Shown in pieces: positions 7,601 through 11,913 of a DNA stretch of 11,913 bases. The translations under genes and the position numbers were made by a program. Source of the stretch: Candidatus Eiseniibacteriota bacterium (lineage in GTDB: Bacteria; Eisenbacteria; RBG-16-71-46); assembly GCA_031366795.1 (NCBI GenBank), contig JANLOX010000387.1, positions 1-11,913 on the forward strand, in the 5' to 3' direction. Positions within the stretch are counted from its first letter, which is position 1, and each line of letters opens with the position of its first letter. The notes below the pieces were generated by a model. It had not been told where the DNA came from. It searched no databases and was given only the letters and a program-made list of their open reading frames with translations.

Positions 7601-7616
7601 AGGCACGCACATTGCT
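7601..7616 (+). promoter_or_regulatory. sigma54 (RpoN) -24/-12 promoter candidate for the hydrolase-methyltransferase-MFS operon
   Basis: AGGCACGCACATTGCT: GG(7602-03)-N10-GC(7614-15), one mismatch to TGGCACG-N4-TTGCW, intergenic and correctly oriented ~100 nt before ATG 7715. Confidence 0.75.
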
Positions 7617-7714
7617 GTGGCTACCGGCGCACGGCCATGGCGGTCGTGACGGCAGGGGACCCGTAGAGACCGCGGCACCCCGCGTGCGGTATCGACCTGA
7701 ACGGAAAGCTCACC

Positions 7715-8944
7715 ATGCGCGCGTTTACCGGAACCAGTCTCGCGCTGGCGATCGTGTGCCTGACACTCACTGCCATCGGCTGGCATTTCTCCAGCCGGAT
7801 ACTCGGTCCCGATCACGCCTCCACGTTGCTTGAGCAGCGCATCCTGGCAGTGTCCGCGGGCACCATTCGGCTGACTCGGGATCCCGAAAGCCTGCGGGCC
7901 GGCACCTGGGCATTGCAATGGGAAGACGGTTACGGCTGGGTCAGGGGAGTGATCGCGGAGGATTCCGCCGGAGTCGTCCGCGACTTCCAGCCGATCGTCG
8001 GTGTGGCGCCGGTCGGGGGCTGGTCGAGCCTGCGGGGCGTGTCGCGTTCTGCTGATCCCCGCAGCATGCTCGGGCTTGATTTCGCCACGGTTGTGATCCC
8101 CGGGCCACTCGGCGCATACCCCGCGTGGTTCGTGCCGGGGCGCGATTCGACCTGGGTCATCTACGTCCATGGCCGGGGCGCCAATCGTTCCGAAGGATTG
8201 CGCACACTGGGAGTCCTCGCCTCTTGCGGCCTGCCCGGGCTGCTGATCACGTATCGAAATGACGCCGGGGCGCCATCCTCACGTGACGGGTACGATCACC
8301 TCGGCCTCACGGAGTGGGCTGACCTCGATGCCGCCGTTCGGTTCGCGCTCGCCCATGGGGCGAAAGACGTGATGATCTGCGGCTACAGCATGGGTGGGCA
8401 GATCGCGCTCCAGTATTTGGCGCACGCGGTCGCCCCGCGCCAGGTGCTCGGGGTCGTCCTCGAGTCGCCCGTGCTCGACTGGAATGCGACGATCATGCAG
8501 CGGGCCCGCGCATTGCACACGCCCGCAGTCGCGATCTGGCTGGGTGAGCGGCTCGCGACCGTGCGTGCCGGGCTCGACTGGAATGCGCTCGATCGCGTGG
8601 CCCACACGGCCGGAGTGACCACGCCGATCCTGCTGTTTCACTGCGTTCACGACCCCCTGGCGCCGATCGCGCGCAGCGAGGCCTTTGCCCGCGCGCTGCC
8701 GCGCCTCGTCACGCTGGTGCGGGTCGAGGGCGATGGCCATGTCGATGCGTGGAACGCCGATCCCGTCCGCTACGCCGACACGCTCGTGCGCTGGCTGGCG
8801 GAGCGTCGCGCACCGGGGCCGCATCGCGAGCCGGCGCCTCGACACGCGCAGGGTGCGGTGCAACGAAACGTCGGACCGTGGCTCACCCAGGGGTCACAGC
8901 CGAATCGCGGATGGAGCGGGCTTCCTGAGGAGGCACGAACATGA
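7715..8944 (+). CDS. Signal-anchored/exported alpha/beta-fold serine hydrolase, 409 aa
   Basis: N-terminal hydrophobic segment (SLALAIVCLTLTAIGW), WVIYVHGRG oxyanion motif, ITYRND, nucleophile GYSMGG, VLESPVLDW, acid HDPLAP, catalytic His GDGHVDAWN. GGAAAG precedes the ATG. Confidence 0.9.
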   Translation: MRAFTGTSLALAIVCLTLTAIGWHFSSRILGPDHASTLLEQRILAVSAGTIRLTRDPESLRAGTWALQWEDGYGWVRGVIAEDSAGVVRDFQPIVGVAPVGGWSSLRGVSRSADPRSMLGLDFATVVIPGPLGAYPAWFVPGRDSTWVIYVHGRGANRSEGLRTLGVLASCGLPGLLITYRNDAGAPSSRDGYDHLGLTEWADLDAAVRFALAHGAKDVMICGYSMGGQIALQYLAHAVAPRQVLGVVLESPVLDWNATIMQRARALHTPAVAIWLGERLATVRAGLDWNALDRVAHTAGVTTPILLFHCVHDPLAPIARSEAFARALPRLVTLVRVEGDGHVDAWNADPVRYADTLVRWLAERRAPGPHREPAPRHAQGAVQRNVGPWLTQGSQPNRGWSGLPEEART

Positions 8945-9966
8945 ATACCGTGACGATGCCCTCGCCCACCTTGGCCGCAATGGATGAGTTTGCCGCGCAG
9001 GCGGTCGACCGCTGCCCGTCATGCGACTGCGAGCGCAGCGTTACGCTTGACCGGCTCACGGATCCCAGCGGCAGGATTCCCGGAACGTTTGAGCTCCGGC
9101 GCTGCCTGGGTTGCCAGCTGGTCCACGTGAGTCCACGTCCCAGCGACGCGGCGCTCGCGGCGCTCTATGACGGAGACTTTTACTTCTCGACCGGTTGGTC
9201 CTACGAGGCGCTCGCCTCGGCCGTCATCGATCTCATCCAGTCGCGCCGGCGTTGCCGCGTCGAGCGTCACCTGCCGCCGGGCAGGTTGCTCGACATCGGG
9301 TCCGGTGACGGGCGATTCGTGCACCACATGGCCCAGCATGGCTGGGACGCGACCGGAATCGACTTCTCCCCGGCCGCGCTGGAGTTCGCGCGCCGCATCC
9401 ACAGTGGTGGTCGATTCCTGCAGGGTTCGTTGGACGACAACGTCTTTGTGCCCGGCCAGTTTGACCTGATCACGCTATGGCAGGTGCTCGAGCACATCGG
9501 CGAGCCGCGTCCGCTGCTCCGCCGCTGCCACGACCTGCTTCAGTCCGGCGGGCTGTTGGTCGTCGCAGTGCCCAACATCGAAGGATTGTCGTCGCTTCTC
9601 ACCGGCTCCCGCTGGTGGGGGCTGGATGTCCCGCGCCACCTCGTTCACTACGCCCCGGCCACACTGCGGGAATCGCTCGAACGCGCGGGCTTTCACGTCA
9701 TTCAGGTCCGGCACCATTCGCTGCAATACGATCCCTATGCGCTGCTCCACAGTTCGCTCGATTGGGTCTTCACGCGACGCCACTTCCTGTCTGACTTCGC
9801 GAAGCGGCGCTCGACGGCAGACATGAACCACGCGGAGTACCTTTACAATCTCGGCGCGCTCATCCTGTTCGCTCCGCTCATGGCTCCATTGTGTGTCACC
9901 ACAGCGGTGGGAGCCGCCGCATGTGGCCGTGGCGGGTTCATTGAAGTCCATGCCCGGTGTGACTGA
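8941..9966 (+). CDS. Class I SAM-dependent methyltransferase with N-terminal CxxC...CxxC zinc ribbon (Methyltransf_23-like), 341 aa
   Basis: CPSC...CLGC, LLDIGSGDG (motif I), TGIDFS, FDLITLWQVLEHI, GGLLVVAVPN, DVPRHLVHY, C-terminal hydrophobic helix. GAGGAGG SD and ATGA overlap with the upstream gene. Confidence 0.9.
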   Translation: MNTVTMPSPTLAAMDEFAAQAVDRCPSCDCERSVTLDRLTDPSGRIPGTFELRRCLGCQLVHVSPRPSDAALAALYDGDFYFSTGWSYEALASAVIDLIQSRRRCRVERHLPPGRLLDIGSGDGRFVHHMAQHGWDATGIDFSPAALEFARRIHSGGRFLQGSLDDNVFVPGQFDLITLWQVLEHIGEPRPLLRRCHDLLQSGGLLVVAVPNIEGLSSLLTGSRWWGLDVPRHLVHYAPATLRESLERAGFHVIQVRHHSLQYDPYALLHSSLDWVFTRRHFLSDFAKRRSTADMNHAEYLYNLGALILFAPLMAPLCVTTAVGAAACGRGGFIEVHARCD

Positions 9967-11257
9967 TTCACCTGCTCCGCCGAATATCGGTGCGGCGAAG
10001 CATGCGCCCGCGCCAGACCCAGCCATGGGGCCGGCATTGTTCCGTCAACGGAACTTCTCCGCCCTGTGGTGGGGCCAACTCGTCTCGCTCGCCGGGGAGC
10101 GTTGCGCCTACCTGGCGTTGATCGCCCTGATCGCAGAGCACACTCACGGACTGCACGATCCGCGCTCCGCGTGGCTGCTCTCGCTGCTGGCGAACGTCAT
10201 GCTGGCCCCTGTGCTGTTGTTCGCGCCGTTTGCCGGTCCGTGGATCGATCGCAGGAACCTGCGGCATGTCGTGGTGACGTGTGATGTCTTGCGCGCCTTG
10301 ACGGTGGTGTCGATCCCTCTGGTCTATCGCCTCACCGGCGCCGTCGCACCCGTCTACGCGCTGCTGTTCCTGCTGTTCACCTGCGGGGTGTTCTTCCTGC
10401 CCGCGAAGAGTTCGCTCACCCCCGAGCTCGTACCCGCCTCCCAGTTGCTCGCCGCCAACACCTGGTTGACGGTCGCGGGTATCGTCGCCGCCGGCGCCGG
10501 GACGGTGGGAGGGGGCTGGTTCGTCGATCATTGGGGATGGGCGCGAGCACTCGACCTGAACGCGGCGACCTACATCGTTTCGGCCGCCGCCCTGTTCGTG
10601 ATTCGCCATCCATCACGGCCGAACCCCCCACGGAGTGTGGGTCCTGGCGTGCGCGACTACCTGGGCCAGTTGCATGAGGGCTGGAAGCTCGTTCGCGGCA
10701 CGCCGACGATCGGCATGGCGCTGATAGCACTGAGTGCCGCCTGGTGGTGCGGGGGGTTCCTGCACGTTGCAGGCAACCTGCACCTGCAGCATGCCCTGGG
10801 CGGCACCGGAGTGGAACGGCTGGGTATCCTGTTCGCGGTGCTCGCCGCTGGCGCCGGCCTGAGCGCGTGGTTCATCAACACTCGACCCGGACCCGGAGTG
10901 TCCCGTGCGTACCTTGCCGCTGCCCTGGCCGTGGCGGGGGCCGGGGTGTTGTCGTTTGCAGCCGCGAGCCGGCTGGTCGAATTCATGGCCGCAGCATTCA
11001 TCATCGGGTTGGCCGCGGCGCCCATCATCCTCATCGGCGAGACCATGCTGCAGCAATCCACCGCGCTGGGGATGCGCGCGCGTGTGTTCGCCACCCGCGA
11101 CTTCGTCATGCGCCTGGCGCTGCTGGCGAGCGTCACGGCCGGGGCGTGGCTGACGCGTGCGAGCGGGGAGCGCGAGGCGCTGCTGGGCTGCGGGGGGCTG
11201 ATCGTGGGGGCAGGGTTCGTGGCTCTTGCCGCGGAGCGGCGCAACCGCAGCCGGTGA
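9950..11257 (+). CDS. MFS transporter (DHA3/MFS_3, EntS/Tap-like efflux type); start uncertain (9950, 9959 or 10025)
   Basis: FRQRNFSALWWGQLVSLAG N-terminus, motif A-like AGPWIDRRNLRHVVVTCDVLR, PAKSSLTPELVP..QLLAAN, TMLQQST..MRARVFA, about 12 hydrophobic segments. Confidence 0.9.
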   Translation: MPGVTDSPAPPNIGAAKHAPAPDPAMGPALFRQRNFSALWWGQLVSLAGERCAYLALIALIAEHTHGLHDPRSAWLLSLLANVMLAPVLLFAPFAGPWIDRRNLRHVVVTCDVLRALTVVSIPLVYRLTGAVAPVYALLFLLFTCGVFFLPAKSSLTPELVPASQLLAANTWLTVAGIVAAGAGTVGGGWFVDHWGWARALDLNAATYIVSAAALFVIRHPSRPNPPRSVGPGVRDYLGQLHEGWKLVRGTPTIGMALIALSAAWWCGGFLHVAGNLHLQHALGGTGVERLGILFAVLAAGAGLSAWFINTRPGPGVSRAYLAAALAVAGAGVLSFAAASRLVEFMAAAFIIGLAAAPIILIGETMLQQSTALGMRARVFATRDFVMRLALLASVTAGAWLTRASGEREALLGCGGLIVGAGFVALAAERRNRSR

Positions 11258-11277
11258 TGGCTGTGCGGGTGCCGATG

Positions 11278-11307
11278 TTGCACAGCGCCAGTTCGCGGCG
11301 ATAGGCT
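11278..11307 (+). promoter_or_regulatory. Candidate sigma70-type promoter (TTGCAC-N18-TAGGCT) for the MoaD/beta-propeller unit
   Basis: -35 at 11278-11283 and -10 TAnnnT at 11302-11307, 8 nt before ATG 11316, which has no SD. Confidence 0.35.
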
Positions 11308-11315
11308 TGGTCACG

Positions 11316-11603
11316 ATGAATTCCACCACCCGCATCACCGTCCACGTGCCGGGCCCCCTGCGGGCCTATTGCGGTGGCGCATCGACCCTGCCGGTGACGG
11401 CGCGCACCGTGCGCGGCGTGCTCGAGGAGTTGGCGCGGGATCGTGCTGCGCTCTATACCAATATCTGCGACGAGACGGGCGCGCTGCGCCGCCACCTCAA
11501 TGTTTACGTAAACTCGGATCACATGCGTGAACTCGCTGGCCTGGACACGGTGCTCAAGCCCGGCGATGTCGTCACGGTACTACCGGCAGTTTCTGGAGGC
11601 TGA
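11316..11603 (+). CDS. MoaD/ThiS-family ubiquitin-like (beta-grasp) protein, CysO/SAMP-like length, 95 aa
   Basis: ITVHVPGPLRAYCGG, TVRGVLEEL, DETGALRRHLNVYVN, LAGLDTVLKPGDVVTVLPAVSGG with C-terminal Gly-Gly. ATG 11316 avoids overlap with the MFS gene. Confidence 0.92.
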   Translation: MNSTTRITVHVPGPLRAYCGGASTLPVTARTVRGVLEELARDRAALYTNICDETGALRRHLNVYVNSDHMRELAGLDTVLKPGDVVTVLPAVSGG

Positions 11604-11605
11604 AG

Positions 11606-11913
11606 ATGGCGGATCGCGTCCTGCTCACCATTGGCACCAAGAAGGGCCTGTTCGTTGCCGAGGCCGCGAAGTCGCGGCGCAAGTTCGAACTGCGGGGACC
11701 ATTCGGTCCCGGCGTCGACGTCTACGCGACGCTAATCGACACGCGCGGGACGCCACGCATCTATGCCTCGAGCTGTAACCCGTTCTTCGGCATGAAGGTG
11801 TTGCGCTCGACCAATCTCGGCAAGAGCTTCAAGGAGACGAAGTCGGCGCCCGCGTTCCCCAAGGACGATGGCAGAGCGCTCGCCAACATCTGGTCGATCG
11901 AGCCTGGCCTCGG
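11606..11913 (+). CDS. Partial (5') BNR/Asp-box beta-propeller protein (exo-alpha-sialidase-like fold annotation), truncated by the window edge
   Basis: Not in the ORF track. Manual translation MADRVLLTIGTKKGLFVAE...RIYASSCNPFFGMKVLRSTNLGKSFKE...APAFPKDDGRALANIWSIEPG. The GTKKGLF N-terminus and Asp-box variant RSTNLGKSF are typical of the family. GGAGG at 11595-11599, and the ATG is 2 nt after the MoaD-like stop. Confidence 0.85.
   Translation, partial: MADRVLLTIGTKKGLFVAEAAKSRRKFELRGPFGPGVDVYATLIDTRGTPRIYASSCNPFFGMKVLRSTNLGKSFKETKSAPAFPKDDGRALANIWSIEPGL

Noticed and set aside
11316..11603. Assigning the symbol moaD, thiS or cysO
   Set aside because: The fold and GG terminus are clear, but no cognate pathway genes are visible, so orthology is unsupported.

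Overview
High-GC bacterial DNA from a probable diderm (inferred from two signal-peptide beta-barrel genes); the sequence alone does not settle taxonomy. The minus strand carries mtnN (MTA/SAH nucleosidase) followed by a gene that runs off the left edge. Divergently, the plus strand carries two small outer-membrane beta-barrel proteins, a Methyltransf_24-like methyltransferase, a GAF-AAA+-HTH sigma54 enhancer-binding protein (bEBP) overlapping a Ser/Thr kinase-TM-TolB-like-TPR protein, an alpha/beta hydrolase, a Zn-ribbon SAM methyltransferase, an MFS transporter, a MoaD/ThiS-like protein and the 5' part of an Asp-box beta-propeller gene. The main signal is in the two large intergenic regions (~934-1311 and ~7413-7714). 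Each has a correctly spaced sigma54 -24/-12 element, preceded ~115-145 bp upstream by a 10-bp-phased, alternating-orientation array of the same half-site (CTSCRC / GYGSAG). This suggests a self-contained sigma54 regulon run by the local bEBP, possibly gated by the adjacent kinase. The bEBP also has Phe in place of the conserved 'glutamate-switch' Asn. No mobile elements, CRISPR arrays, tRNA or rRNA were seen.
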